Assembly: GCA_002189035.1 (NCBI GenBank)
Contig: NEEC01000041.1
Coordinates: forward strand, 1 to 64,000
Length of the DNA stretch: 64,000 bases
Source of the DNA: Utricularia gibba
Lineage: Eukaryota > Plantae > Magnoliophyta
Direction of reading: 5' to 3'
Shown here one piece after another: positions 38,261 through 54,300 of the stretch. The notes below the pieces were generated by a model. It saw only the letters and a list, made by a program, of their open reading frames with translations, was not told where the DNA came from and ran no database searches. The first letter of the stretch is position 1. Every line of letters begins with the position of its first letter. The position numbers and the translations under genes are program-made.

Positions 38261-41200
38261 ATTTAAGATGCCATGGTGTGTCCCTAGCCACAACCTCATG
38301 GTGGCCTCGTGCACTCTTCGGTATCGAGTGGATATCTTGCAAATGGTGATGAGTCATGTTGCACATAGCATACCGTTTCGAAGCTCGTTCCGAGCCGGTC
38401 TCTTTCGTGTTGAGAACTTGTTCGTCCGAGGAGGCACAAATGCTCGAAAGATTGCCTTATATTAGCCTTCAGATGTGCAACGAAGTGGCCACACGTTCGC
38501 GACGATGCGACTCGGGACACCCGACTCGATGCGAATGTGATTTTTGGCATGCAAGACATATGTATTTTGGGATGTGAAATTTGGATTTCGAGATCTAGCC
38601 ACAACCTCATCTTCGGTATCGAGTGGATATCTTGCAAATGGTGATGAGTCATGTTGCACATAGCATACCGTTTCGAAGCTCGTTCCGCCGGTCTCTTTCG
38701 TGTTGAGAACTTGTTCGTCCGAGGAGGCACAAATGCTCGAAAGATTGCCTTATATTAGCCTTCAGATGTGCAACGAAGTGGCCACCACGTTCGGACGATG
38801 GGACTCCCGACTCGATGCGAATGTGATTTTGGCATGCAAGACATATGTATTTCATGGACGATGTGAATTTGGATTTCGAGATGATCATTTAAGATGCCAT
38901 GGGTGTGTCCCTAGCCACAAATCACCAGCACTCTTCGGTATCATATCTGCTCATGTTGCACCGTCGAAGCTCGTTCTCTTCGTGTTGAGAACTTGTTCTC
39001 GAGGAGGCACAAATGCTCGAAAGATTGCCTTATATTATCAGATGTGCAACGAAGTGGCCACCACGTTCGCGACGATGCGACTCGGGACACCCGACTCGAT
39101 GCGAATGTGATTTTCGGCATGCAAGACATATGTATTTCATGGGACGATGTGAAATTTGGATTTCGAGATGATCATTTAAGATGCCTGTGTCCTAGCCACA
39201 ACCTCATGGTGGCCTCGTGCACTCTTCGGTATCGAGTGGATATCTTGCAATGAGATGTTGCACATAGCATACCGTTTCGAAGCTCGTTCCGAGCCGGTCT
39301 TCTTTCGTGTTGAGAACTTGTTCGTCCGAGAGGCACAAATGCTCGAAAGATTGCCTTATATTAGCCTTCAGATGTGCAACGAAGTGGCCACCACGTTCGC
39401 GACGATGCGACTCGGGACACCGACTCGATGCGAATGTGATTTTCGGCATGCAAGACATATGTATTTCATGGGACGATGTGAAATTTGGATTTCGAGATGA
39501 TCATTTAAGATGCCATGGGTGTGTCCCTAGCCACAACCTCATGGTGGCCTCGTGCACTCTTCGGTATCGAGTGGATATCTTGCAAATGGTGATGAGTCAT
39601 GTTGCACATAGCATACCGTTTCGAAGCTCGTTCCGAGCCGGTCTTTCGTGTTGAGAACTTGTTCGTCCGAGGAGGCACAAATGCTCGAAAGATTGCCTTA
39701 TATTAGCCTTCAGATGTGCAACGAAGTGGCCACCACGTTCGCGACGATGCGACTCGGGACACCGACTCGATGCGAATGTGATTTTGCATGCATTCATGGA
39801 CGATGTGAAATTTGGATTTCGAGATGATCATTTAAGATGCCATGGGTGTGTCCCTAGCCACAACCTCATGGTGGCCTCGTGCACTCTTCGGTATCGAGTG
39901 GATATCTTGCAAATGGTGATGAGTCATGTTGCACATAGCATACCGTTTCGAAGCTCGTTCCGAGCCGGTCTTCTTTCGAACTTGTTCGTCGAGGAGGCAC
40001 AAATGCTCGAAAGATTGCCTTATATTAGCCAATGTGCAACGAAGTGGCCACCACGTTCGCGACGATGCGACTCGGACACCCGACTCGATGCGAATGTGAT
40101 TTTGCATGCAAGACATATGTATTTCATGGGACGATGTGAAATTTGGATTTCGAGATGATCATTTAAGATGCCATGGGTGTGTCCCTAGCCACAACCTCAT
40201 GGTGGCCTCGTGCACTCTTCGGTATCGAGTGGATATCTTGCAAACGGTGATGAGTCATGTTGCACATATCATACCGTTTCGAAGCTCGTTCCGAGCCGGT
40301 CTTCTTTCGTGTTGAGAACTTGTTCGTCCGAGGAGGCACAAATGCTCGAAAGATTGCCTTATATTAGCCTTCAGATGTGCAACGAAGTGCCACCACGTTC
40401 GCGACGATGCGACTCGGGACACCCGACTCGATGCGAATGTGATTTTGACATGCAAGACGTATTCATGGACGATGTGAATTTGGATTTCGAGATGATCATT
40501 TAAGATGCCATGGGTGTGTCCCTAGCCACAACCTCATGGTGGCCTCGTGCACTCTTCGGTATCGAGTGGATATTGCAAATGTGATGAGTGTTGCACATGA
40601 GCTCGTTCCGAGCCGGTCTTCTTTCGTGTTGAGAACTTGTTCGTCCGAGGAGGCACAAATGCTCGAAAGATTGCCTTATATTAGCCAGATGTGCAACGAA
40701 GTGGCCACACGTTCGCGACGATGCGACTCGGGACACCCGACTCGATGCGAATGTGATTTTTGACATGCAAGACATATGTATTTCATGGGACGATGTGAAA
40801 TTTGGATTTCGAGATGATCATTTAAGATGCCATGGGTGTGTCCCTAGCCACAACCTCATGGTGGCCTCGTGCACTCTCGGTATCGAGTGGATATCTTGCA
40901 AACGGTGATGAGTCATGTTGCACATATCATACCGTTTCGAAGCTTCCGAGCCTCTTTCGTGTTGAGAACTTGTTCGTCCGAGGAGGCACAAATGCTCGAA
41001 AGATTGCCTTATATTAGCCTTCAGATGTGCAACGAAGTGGCCACCACGTTCGCGACGATGCGACTCGGGACACCGACTCGATGCGAATGTGATTTTCGGC
41101 ATGCAAGACATATGTATTTCATGGGACGATGTGAAATTTGGATTTCGAGATGATCATTTAAGATGCCATGGGTGTGTCCCTAGCCACAACCTCATGGTGG

Positions 41201-44200
41201 CCTCGTGCACTCTTCGGTATCGAGTGGATATCTTGCAAATGTGATGAGTCATGTTGCACATATCATACCGTTTCGAAGCTCGTTCCGATTGAGAACTTGT
41301 TCGTCCGAGGAGGCACAAATGCTCGAAAGATTGCCTTATATTAGCCTTCAGATGTGCAACGAAGTGGCCACCACGTTCGCGACGATGCGACTCGGACACT
41401 GACTCGATGCGAATGTGATTTTCGCATGCAAGACATATGTATTTCATGGGACGATGTGAATTTTGGATTTCGAGATGATCATTTAAGATGCCATGGGTGT
41501 GTCCCTAGCCACAACCTCATGGTGGCCTCGTGCACTCTTCGGTATCGAGTGGATATCTTGCAAATGGTGATGAGTCATGTTGCACATAGCATACCGTTTC
41601 GAAGCTCGTTCCGAGCCGGTCTTCTTTCGTGTTGAGAACTTGTTCGTCCGAGGAGGCACAAATGCTCGAAAGATTGCCTTATATTAGCCTTCAGATGTGC
41701 AACGAAGTGGCCACCACGTTCGCGACGATGCGACTCGGGACACCCGACTCGATGCGAATGTGATTTTCGGCATGCAAGACATATGTATTTCATGGGACGA
41801 TGTGAAATTTGGATTTCGAGATGATCATTTAAGATGCCATGGGTGTGTCCCTAGCCACAACCTCATGGTGGCCTCGTGCACTCTTCGGTATCGAGTGGAT
41901 ATCTTGCAAACGGTGATGAGTCATGTTGCACATCATACCGTTTCGAAGCTCGTTCCGAGCCGGTCTTCTTTCGTGTTGAGAACTTGTTCGTCCGAGGAGG
42001 CACAAATGCTCGAAAGATTGCCTTATATTAGCCTTCAGATGTGCAACGAAGTGGCCACCACGTTCGCGACGATGCGACTCGGGACACCGACTCGATGCGA
42101 ATGTGATTTTCGGCATGCAAGACATATGTATTTCATGGGACGATGTGAAATTTGATTTCGAGATGATCATTTAAGATGCCATGGTGTGTCCCTAGCCACA
42201 ACCTCATGGTGGCCTCGTGCACTCTTCGGTATCGAGTGGATATCTTGCAAATGGTGATGAGTCATGTTGCACATAGCATACCGTTTCGAAGCTCGTTCCG
42301 AGCCGTCTTCTTTCGTGTTGAGAACTTGTTCGTCCGAGGAGGCACAAATGCTCGAAAGATTGCCTTATATTAGCCTTCAGATGTGCAACGAAGTGGCCAC
42401 CACGTTCGCGACGATGCGACTCGGGACACCCGACTCGATGCGAATGTGATTTTTTGCATGCAAGACATATGTATTTCATGGGACGATGTGAAATTTGGAT
42501 TTCGAGATGATCATTTAAGATGCCATGGGTGTGTCCCTAGCCACAACCTCATGGTGGCCTCGTGCACTCTTCGGTATCGAGTGGATATCTTGCAAATGGT
42601 GATGAGTCATGTTGCACATAGCATACCGTTTCGAAGCTCGTTCCGAGCCGGTCTTCTTTCGTTGAGAACTTGTTCGTCCGAGGAGGCACAAATGCTCGAA
42701 AGATTGCCTTATATTAGCCTTCAGATGTGCAACGAAGTGGCCACCACGTTCGCCGATGCGACTCGGGACCCCGACTCGATGCGAATGTGATTTTTGGCAT
42801 GCAAGACATATGTATTTCATGGGACGATGTGAAATTTGGATTTCGAGATGATCATTTAAGATGCCATGGTGTGTCCCTAGCCACAACCTCATGGTGGCCT
42901 CGTGCACTCTTCGGTATCGAGTGGATATCTTGCAAATGGTGATGAGTCATGTTGCACATAGCATACCGTTTCGAAGCTCGTTCCGAGCCGGTCTTCTTTC
43001 GTGTTGAGAACTTGTTCGTCCGAGGAGGCACAAATGCTCGAAAGATTGCCTTATATTAGCCTTCAGATGTGCAACGAAGTGGCCACCACGTTCGCGACGA
43101 TGCGACTCGGGACACCCGACTCGATGCGAATGTGATTTTCGGCATGCAAGACATATGTATTTCATGGGACGATGTGAAATTTGGATTTCGAGATGATCAT
43201 TTAAGATGCCATGGGTGTGTCCCTAGCCACAACCTCATGGTGGCCTCGTGCACTCTTCGGTATCGAGTGGATATCTTGCAAATGGTGATGAGTCATGTTG
43301 CACATAGCATACCGTTTCGAAGCTCGTTCCGAGCCGGTCTTCTTTCGTGTTGAGAACTTGTTCGTCCGAAGGCACAAATGCTCGAAAGATTGCCTTATAT
43401 TAGCCTTCAGATGTGCAACGAAGTGGCCACCACGTTCGCGACGATGCGACTCGGGACACCGACTCGATGCGAATGTGATTTTCGGCATGCAAGACATATG
43501 TATTTCATGGACGATGTGAAATTTGGATTTCGAGATGATCATTTAAGATGCCATGGGTGTGTCCCTAGCCACAACCTCATGGTGGCCTCGTGCACTCTTC
43601 GGTATCGAGTGGATATCTTTGGTGATGAGTCATGTTGCACATAGCATACCGTTTCGAAGCTCGTTCCGAGCCGGTCTTCTTTCGTGTTGAGAACTTGTTC
43701 GTCCGAGGAGGCACAAATGCTCGAAAGATTGCCTTATATTAGCCTTCAGATGTGCAACGAAGTGGCCACCACGTTCGCGACGATGCGACTCGGGACACCC
43801 GACTCGATGCGAATGTGATTTTTGCATGCAAGACATATGTATTTCATGGGACGATGTGAAATTTGGATTTCGAGATGATCATTTAAGATGCCATGGGTGT
43901 GTCCCTAGCCACAACCTCATGGTGGCCTCGTGCACTCTTCGGTATCGAGTGGATATCTTGCAAATGGTGATGAGTCATGTTGCACATAGCATACCGTTTC
44001 GAAGCTCGTTCCGAGCCGGTCTCTTTCGTGTTGAGAACTTGTTCGTCCGAGGAGGCACAAATGCTCGAAAGATTGCCTTATATTAGCCTTCAGATGTGCA
44101 ACGAAGTGGCCACCACGTTCGCGACGATGCGACTCGGGACACCCGACTCGATGCGAATGTGATTTTCGGCATGCAAGACATATGTATTTCATGGGACGAT

Positions 44201-47200
44201 GTGAAATTTGGATTTCGAGATGATCATTTAAGATGCCATGGGTGTGTCCCTAGCCACAACCTCATGGTGGCCTCGTGCACTCTTCGGTATCGAGTGGATA
44301 TCTTGCAAATGGTGATGAGTCATGTTGCACATAGCATACCGTTTCGAAGCTCGTTCCGAGCCGGTCTTCTTTCGTGTTGAGAACTTGTTCGTCCGAGGAG
44401 GCACAAATGCTCGAAAGATTGCCTTATATTAGCCTTCAGATGTGCAACGAAGTGGCCACCACGTTCGCGACGATGCGACTCGGGACACCCGACTCGATGC
44501 GAATGTGATTTTCGCATGCAAGACATATGTATTTCATGGGACGATGTGAAATTTTGGATTTCGAGATGATCATTTAAGATGCCATGGGTGTGTCCCTAGC
44601 CACAACCTCATGTGGCCTCGTGCACTCTTCGGTATCGAGTGGATATCTTGCAAACGGTGATGAGTCATGTTGCACATATCATACCGTTTCGAAGCTCGTT
44701 CCGAGCCGGTTTCTTTCGTGTTGAGAACTTGTTCGTCCGAGGAGGCACAAATGCTCGAAAGATTGCCTTATATTAGCCTTCAGATGTGCAACGAAGTGGC
44801 CACCACGTTCGCGATGCGACTCGGGACACCCGACTCGATGCGAATGTGATTTTGGCATGCAAGACATATGTATTTCATGGGACGATGTGAAATTTTGGAT
44901 TTCGAGATGATCATTTAAGATGCCATGGGTGTGTCCCTAGCCACAACCTCATGGTGGCCTCGTGCACTCTTCGGTATCGAGTGGATATCTTGCAAACGGT
45001 GATGAGTCATGTTGCACATAGCATACCGTTTCGAAGCTCGTTCCGAGCCTTCTTTCGTGTTGAGAACTTGTTCGTCCGAGGAGGCACAAATGCTCGAAAG
45101 ATTGCCTTATATTAGCCTTATGTGCAACGAAGTGGCCACCACGTTCGCGACGATGCGACTCGGGACACCCGACTCGATGCGAATGTGATTTTCGGCATGC
45201 AAGACATATGTATTTCATGGGACGATGTGAAATTTGGATTTCGAGATGATCATTTAAGATGCCATGGGTGTGTCCCTAGCCACAACCTCATGGTGGCCTC
45301 GTGCACTCTCGGTATCGAGTGGATATCTTGCAAACGGTGATGAGTCATGTTGCACATATCATACCGTTTCGAAGCTCGTTCCGAGCCGGTCTTCTTTCGT
45401 GTTGAGAACTTGTTCGTCCGAGGAGGCACAAATGCTCGAAAGATTGCCTTATATTAGCCTTCAGATGTGCAACGAAGTGGCCACCACGTTCGCGACGATG
45501 CGACTCGGGACACCCGACTCGATGCGAATGTGATTTTGCATGCAAGACATATGTATTTCATGGACGATGTGAATTTGGATTTCGAGATGATCATTTAAGA
45601 TGCCATGGGTGTGTCCCTAGCCACAACCTCATGGTGGCCTCGTGCACTCTTCGGTATCGAGTGGATATCTTGCAAACGGTGATGAGTCATGTTGCACATA
45701 TCATACCGTTTCGAAGCTCGTTCCGAGCCGGTCTTCTTTCGTGTTGAGAACTTGTTCGTCCGAGGAGGCACAAATGCTCGAAAGATTGCCTTATATTAGC
45801 CTTCAGATGTGCAACGAAGTGGCCACCACGTTCGCGACGATGCGACTCGGGACACCCGACTCGATGCGAATGTGATTTTCGCATGCAAGACATATGTATT
45901 TCATGGGACGATGTGAAATTTGGATTTCGAGATGATCATTTAAGATGCCATGGGTGTGTCCCTAGCCACAACCTCATGGTGGCCTCGTGCACTCTTCGGT
46001 ATCGAGTGGATATCTTGCAAACGGTGATGAGTCATGTTGCACATAGCATACCGTTTCGAAGCTCGTTTCGAGCCGGTCTTCTTTCGTGTTGAGAACTTGT
46101 TCGTCCGAGGAGGCACAAATGCTCGAAAGATTGCCTTATATTAGCCTTCAGATGTGCAACGAAGTGGCCACCAATTCGCGACGATGCGACTCGGGACACC
46201 CGACTCGATGCGAATGTGATTTTGCATGCAAGACATATGTATTTCATGGGACGATGTGAAATTTGGATTTCGAGATGATCATTTAAGATGCCATGGTGTG
46301 TCCCTAGCCACAACCTCATGGTGGCCTCGTGCACTCTTCGGTATCGAGTGGATATCTTGCAAACGGTGATGAGTCATGTTGCACATATCATACCGTTTCG
46401 AAGCTCGTTCCGAGCCGGTCTTCTTTCGTGTTGAGAACTTGTTCGTCCGAGGAGGCACAAATGCTCGAAAGATTGCCTTATATTAGCCTTAAGATGTGCA
46501 ACGAAGTGGCCACCACGTTCGCGACGATGCGACTCGGGACACCCGACTCGATGCGAATGTGATTTTCGACATGCAAGACATATGTATTTCATGGGACGAT
46601 GTGAAATTTGGATTTCGAGATGATCATTTAAGATGCCATGGGTGTGTCCCTAGCCACAACCTCATGGTGGCCTCGTGCACTCTTCGGTATCGAGTGGATA
46701 TCTTGCAAATGGTGATGATCATGTTGCACATAGCATACCGTTTCGAAGCTCGTTCCGAGCCGGTCTTCTTTCGTGTTGAGAACTTGTTCGTCCGAGGAGG
46801 CACAAATGCTCGAAAGATTGCCTTATATTAGCCTTCAGATGTGCAACGAAGTGGCCACCACGTTCGCGACGATGCGACTCGGGACACCCGACTCGATGCG
46901 AATGTGATTTTCGGCATGCAAGACATATGTATTTCATGGACGATGTGAAATTTGGATTTCGAGATGATCATTTAAGATGCCATGGGTGTGTCCCTAGCCA
47001 CAACCTCATGGTGGCCTCGTGCACTCTTCGGTATCGAGTGGATATCTTGCAAACGGTGATGAGTCATGTTGCACATATCATACCGTTTCGAAGCTCGTTC
47101 CGAGCCGGTCTTCTTTCGTGTTGAGAACTTGTTCGTCCGAGGAGGCACAAATGCTCGAAAGATTGCCTTATATTAGCCTTCAGATGTGCAACGAAGTGGC

Positions 47201-50200
47201 CACACGTTCGCGACGATGCGACTCGGGACACCCGACTCGATGCGAATGTGATTTTCGACATGCAAGACATATGTATTTCATGGGACGATGTGGGATTTCG
47301 AGATGATCATTTAAGATGCCATGGGTGTGTCCCTAGCCACAACCTCATGGTGGCCTCGTGCACTCTTCGGTATCGAGTGGATATCTTGCAAATGTGATGA
47401 GTCATGTTGCACATAGCATACCGTTTCGAAGCTCGTTCCGAGCCGGTCTTCTTTCGTGTTGAGAACTTGTTCGTCCGAGGAGGCACAAATGCTCGAAAGA
47501 TTGCCTTATATTAGCCTTCAGATGTGCAACGAAGTGGCCACCACGTTCGCGACGATGCGACTCGGGACACCGACTCGATGCGAATGTGATTTTCGGCATG
47601 CAAGACATATGTATTTCATGGGACGATGTGAATTTTGGATTTCGAGATGATCATTTAAGATGCCATGGGTGTGTCCCTAGCCACAACCTCATGGTGGCCT
47701 CGTGCACTCTTCGGTATATCGAGTGGATATCTTGCAAATGGTGATGAGTCATGTTGCACATAGCATACCGTTTCGAAGCTCGTTCCGAGCCGGTCTTCTT
47801 TTCGTGTTGAGAACTTGTTCGTCCGAGGAGGCACAAATGCTCGAAAGATTGCCTTATATTAGCCTTCAGATGTGCAACGAAGTGGCCACCACGTTCGCGA
47901 TGCGACTCGGGACACCGACTCGATGCGAATGTGATTTTTGCATGCAAGACATATGTATTTCATGGGACGATGTGAAATTTTGATTTCGAGATGATCATTT
48001 AAGATGCCATGGGTGTGTCCCTAGCCACAACCTCATGGTGGCCTCGTGCACTCTTCGGTATCGAGTGGATATCTTGCAAATGGTGATGAGTCATGTTGCA
48101 CATAGCATACCGTTTCGAAGCTCGTTCCGAGCCGGTCTCTTTCGTGTTGAGAACTTGTTCGTCGAGGAGGCACAAATGCTCGAAAGATTGCCTTATATTA
48201 GCCTTCAGATGTGCAACGAAGTGGCCACCACGTTCGCGACGATGCGACTCGGGACACCCGACTCGATGCGATGTGATTTTCATGCAAGACATATGTATTT
48301 CATGGGACGATGTGAAATTTGGATTTCGAGATGATCATTTAAGATGCCATGGGTGTGTCCCTAGCCACAACCTCATGGTGGCCTCGTGCACTCTTCGGTA
48401 TCGAGTGGATATCTTGCAAATGGTGATGAGTCATGTTGCACATATCATACCGTTTCGAAGCTCGTTCCGAGCCGGTTCTTTCGTGTTGAGAACTTGTTCG
48501 TCCGAGGAGGCACAAATGCTCGAAAGATTGCCTTATATTAGCCTTCAGATGTGCAACGAAGTGGCCACCACGTTCGCGACGATGCGACTCGGGACACCCG
48601 ACTCGATGCGAATGTGATTTTCGGCATGCAAGACATATGTATTTCATGGACGATGTGAATTTTGGATTTCGAGATGATCATTTAAGATGCCATGGGTGTC
48701 CCTAGCCACAACCTCATGGTGGCCTCGTGCACTCTTCGGTATCGAGTGGATATCTTGCAAATGGTGATGAGTCATGTTGCACATAGCATACCGTTTCGAA
48801 GCTCGTTCCGAGCCGGTCTTCTTTCGTGTTGAGAACTTGTTCGTCCGAGGAGGCACAAATGCTCGAAAGATTGCCTTATATTAGCCTTCAGATGTGCAAC
48901 GAAGTGGCCACCACGTTCGCGACGATGCGACTCGGGACACCCGACTCGATGCGAATGTGATTTTCGGCATGCAAGACATATGTATTTCATGGACGATGTG
49001 AATATTTGGATTTCGAGATGATCATTTAAGATGCCATGGGTGTGTCCCTAGCCACAACCTCATGGTGGCCTCGTGCACTCTTCGGTATCGAGTGGATATC
49101 TTGCAAATGGTGATGAGTCATGTTGCACATAGCATACCGTTTCGAAGCTCGTTCCGAGCCGGTCTTCTTTCGTGTTGAGAACTTGTTCGTCCGAGGAGGC
49201 ACAAATGCTCGAAAGATTGCCTTATATTAGCCTTCAGATGTGCAACGAAGTGGCCACCACGTTCGCGACGATGCGACTCGGGACACCCGACTCGATGCGA
49301 ATGTGATTTTGCATGCAAGACATATGTATTTCATGGGACGATGTGAAATTTGGATTTCGAGATGATCATTTAAGATGCCATGGGTGTGTCCCTAGCCACA
49401 ACCTCATGGTGGCCTCGTGCACTCTTCGGTATCGAGTGGATATCTTGCAAACGGTGATGAGTCATGTTGCACATAGCATACCGTTTCGAAGCTCGTTCCG
49501 AGCCGGTCTTCTTTCGTGTTGAGAACTTGTTCGTCCGAGGAGGCACAAATGCTCGAAAGATTGCCTTATATTAGCCTTCAGATGTGCAACGAAGTGGCCA
49601 CCACGTTCGCGAATGTCGGGACACCCGACTCGATGCGAATGTGATTTTCGGCATGCAACATTTCATGGACGATGTGAAATTTGGATTTCGAGATGATCAT
49701 TTAAGATGCCATGGGTGTGTCCCTAGCCACAACCTCATGGTGGCCTCGTGCACTCTTCGGTATCGAGTGGATATCTTGCAAATGGTGATGAGTCATGTTG
49801 CACATAGCATACCGTTTCGAAGCTCGTTCCGAGCCGGTCTTCTTTCGTGTTGAGAACTTGTTCGTCCGAGGAGGCACAAATGCTCGAAAGATTGCCTTAT
49901 ATTAGCCTTAAGATGTGCAACGAAGTGGCCACACGTTCGCGACGATGCGACTCGGGACACCCGACTCGATGCGAATGTGATTTTCGGCATGCAAGACATA
50001 TGTATTTCATGGGACGATGTGAAATTTGGATTTCGAGATGATCATTTAAGATGCCATGGGTGTGTCCCTAGCCACAACCTCATGGTGGCCTCGTGCACTC
50101 TTCGGTATCGAGTGGATATCTTGCAAACGGTGATGAGTCATGTTGCACATAGCATACCGTTTCGAAGCTCGTTCCGAGCCGGTCTTCTTTCGTGTGAGAA

Positions 50201-50719
50201 CTTGTTCGTCCGATGCACAAATGCTCGAAAGATTGCCTTATATTAGCCTTCAGATGTGCAACGAAGTGGCCACCACGTTCGCGACGATGCGACTCGGGAC
50301 ACCCGACTCGATGCGAATGTGATTTTCGGCATGCAAGACATATGTATTTCATGGGACGATGTGAAATTTGGATTTCGAGATGATCATTTAAGATGCCATG
50401 GGTGTGTCCCTAGCCACAACCTCATGGTGGCCTCGTGCACTCTTCGGTATCGAGTGGATATCTTGCAAATGGTGATGAGTCATGTTGCACATAGCATACC
50501 GTTTCGAAGCTCGTTCGAGCCGGTCTTCTTTCGTGTTGAGAACTTGTTCGTCCGAGGAGGCACAAATGCTCGAAAGATTGCCTTATATTAGCCTTCAGAT
50601 GTGCAACGAAGTGGCCACCACGTTCGCGACGATGCGACTCGGGACACCCGACTCGATGCGAATGTGATTTTCGCATGCAAGACATATGTATTTCATGGGA
50701 CGATGTGAAATTTGGATTT

Positions 50720-51330
50720 CCGATGTCTACTTTGGCCTCGTGTTGGTATCGAGTGGATATCTTGTGGTCATGTTGCACATAGCATACCGTTTCGAAGCTC
50801 GTTCCGAGCCGGTCTTCTTTCGTGTTGAGAACTTGTTCGTCCGAGGAGGCACAAATGCTCGAAAGATTGCCTTATATTAGCCTTCAGATGTGCAACGAAG
50901 TGGCCACCACGTTCGCGACGATGCGACTCGGGACACCTGACTCGATGCGAATGTGATTTTGACATGCAAGACATATGTATTTCATGGGACGATGTGAAAT
51001 TTGGATTTCGAGATGATCATTTAAGATGCCATGGGTGTGTCCCTAGCCACAACCTCATGGTGGCCTCGTGCACTCTTCGGTATCGAGTGGATATCTTGCA
51101 AATGGTGATGAGTCATGTTGCACATAGCGAGCCGTGCGAGGATGCTGATTTTCGGTGCATGGCCAAGTTCGCGATGCGACTCGGGACACCGACTCGATGC
51201 GAATGTGATTTTGACATGGGACGGGACGATGTGAATATTTGATTCATTAAGATGCGAGACAACCTGATCATTGGATATCTTGCAAACGATGCCACATGGG
51301 CTCGTGTCTTCTTTCTGTTGAGCCACAACT
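50720..51330. other. Scrambled satellite island
   Basis: Truncated and shuffled monomer fragments occur at about 50720-50770 and 51125-51330. Confidence 0.65.
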
Positions 51331-54300
51331 CTTGCCTTATATTAGCCTTCAGATGTGCAACGAAGTGGCCACCACGTTCGCGACGATGCGACTCGGGACA
51401 CCCGACTCGATGCGAATGTGATTTTCGGCATGCAAGACATATGTATTTCATGGGACGATGTGAATTTTGGATTTCGAGATGATCATTTAAGATGCCATGG
51501 GTGTGTCCCTAGCCACAACCTCATGGTGGCCTCGTGCACTCTTCGGTATCGAGTGGATATCTTGCAAACGGTGATGAGTCATGTTGCACATATACCGTTT
51601 CGAAGCTCGTTCCGAGCCGGTCTTCTTTCGTGTTGAGAACTTGTTCGTCCGAGGAGGCACAAATGCTCGAAAGATTGCCTTATATTAGCCTTCAGATGTG
51701 CAACGAAGTGGCCACCACGTTCGCGACGATGCGACTCGGGACACCCGACTCGATGCGAATGTGATTTTCATGCAAGACATATGTATTTCATGGGACGATG
51801 TGAAATTTGGATTTCGAGATGATCATTTAAGATGCCATGGTGTGTCCCTAGCCACAACCTCATGGTGGCCTCGTGCACTCTTCGGTATCGAGTGGATATC
51901 TTGCAAATGGTGATGAGTCATGTTGCACATATCATACCGTTTCGAAGCTCGTTCCGAGCCGGTCTCTTTCGTGTTGAGAACTTGTTCGTCCGAGGAGGCA
52001 CAAATGCTCGAAAGATTGCCTTATATTAGATGTGCAACGAAGTGGCCACACGTTCGCGACGATGCGACTCGGGACACCCGACTCGATGCGAATGTGATTT
52101 TGCATGCAAGACATATGTATTTCATGGGACGATGTGAAATTTGGATTTCGAGATGATCATTTAAGATGCCATGGGTGTGTCCCTAGCCACAACCTCATGG
52201 TGGCCTCGTGCACTCTTCGGTATCGAGTGGATATCTTGCAAACGGTGATGAGTCATGTTGCACATATCATACCGTTTCGAAGCTCGTTCCGAGCCGGTCT
52301 TCTTTCGTGTTGAGAACTTGTTCGTCCGAGGAGGCACAAATGCTCGAAAGATTGCCTTATATTAGCCTTCAGATGTGCAACGAAGTGGCCACCACGTTCG
52401 CGACGATGCGACTCGGGACACCCGACTCGATGCGAATGTGATTTTTGGCATGCAAGACATATGTATTTCATGGGACGATGTGAAATTTGGATTTCGAGAT
52501 GATCATTTAAGATGCCATGGGTGTGTCCCTAGCCACAACCTCATGGTGGCCTCGTGCACTCTTCGGTATCGAGTGATATCTTGCAAATGGTGATGAGTCA
52601 TGTTGCACCATAGCGTTTCGAGCCGGTCTTCTTTCGTGTTGAGAACTTGTTCGTCCGAGGAGGCACAAATGCTCGAAAGATTGCCTTATATTAGCCTTAG
52701 ATGTGCAACGAAGTGGCCACCACGTTCGCGACGATGCGACTCGGGACACCCGACTCGATGCGAATGTGATTTTCGGCATGCAAGACATATGTATTTCATG
52801 GACGATGTGAAATTTGGATTTCGAGATGATCATTTAAGATGCCATGGGTGTGTCCCTAGCCACAACCTCATGGTGGCCTCGTGCACTCTTCGGTATCGAG
52901 TGGATATCTTGCAAATGGTGATGAGTCATGTTGCACATATCATACCGTTTCGAAGCTCGTTCCGAGCCGGTCTTCTTTCGTGTTGAGAACTTGTTCGTCC
53001 GAGGAGGCACAAATGCTCGAAAGATTGCCTTATATTAGCCTTCAGATGTGCAACGAAGTGGCCACCACGTTCGCGACGATGCGACTCGGGACACCCGACT
53101 CGATGCGAATGTGATTTTGGCATGCAAGACATATGTATTTCATCGATGTGAATTTGGATTTCGAGATGATCATTTAAGATGCCATGGGTGTGTCCCTAGC
53201 CACAACCTCATGGTGGCCTCGTGCACTCTTCGGTATCGAGTGGATATCTTGCAAACGGTGATGAGTCATGTTGCACCATACCGTTTCAGCCGGTCTTCTT
53301 TCGTGTTGAGAACTTGTTCGTCCGAGGGCACAAATGCTCGAAAGATTGCCTTATATTAGCCTTCAGATGTGCAACGAAGTGGCCACCACGTTCGCGACGA
53401 TGCGACTCGGGACACCGACTCGATGCGAATGTGATTTTTGCATGCAAGACATATGTATTTCATGGGACGATGTGAAATTTGGATTTCGAGATGATCATTT
53501 AAGATGCCATGGGTGTGTCCCTAGCCACAACCTCATGGTGGCCTCGTGCACTCTTCGGTATCGAGTGGATATCTTGCAAATGGTGATGAGTCATGTTGCA
53601 CATAGCGTTCGAAAGCCGGTCTCTTTCGTGTTGAGAACTTGTTCGTCCGAGGAGGCACAAATGCTCGAAAGATTGCCTTATATTAGCCTTCAGATGTGCA
53701 ACGAAGTGGCCACCACGTTCGCGACGATGCGACTCGGGACACCCGACTCGATGCGAATGTGTTTTCGCATGCAAGACATATGTATTTCATGGGACGATGT
53801 GAAATTTGGATTCGAGATGATCATTTAAGATGCCATGGTGTGTCCCTAGCCACAACCTCATGGTGGCCTCGTGCACTCTTCGGTATCGAGTGGATATCTT
53901 GCAAATGGTGATGAGTCATGTTGCACATAGCATACCGTTTCGAAGCTCGTTCCGAGCCGGTCTTCTTTCGTGTTGAGAACTTGTTCGTCCGAGGAGGCAC
54001 AAATGCTCGAAAGATTGCCTTATATTAGCCTTAGATGTGCAACGAAGTGGCCACACGTTCGCGACGATGCGACTCGGGACACCCGACTCGATGCGAATGT
54101 GATTTTCGGCATGCAAGACATATGTATTTCATGGGACGATGTGAAATTTGGATTTCGAGATGATCATTTAAGATGCCATGGGTGTGTCCCTAGCCACAAC
54201 CTCATGGTGGCCTCGTGCACTCTTCGGTATCGAGTGGATATCTTGCAAACGGTGATGAGTCATGTTGCACATATCATACCGTTTCGAAGCTCGTTCCGAG

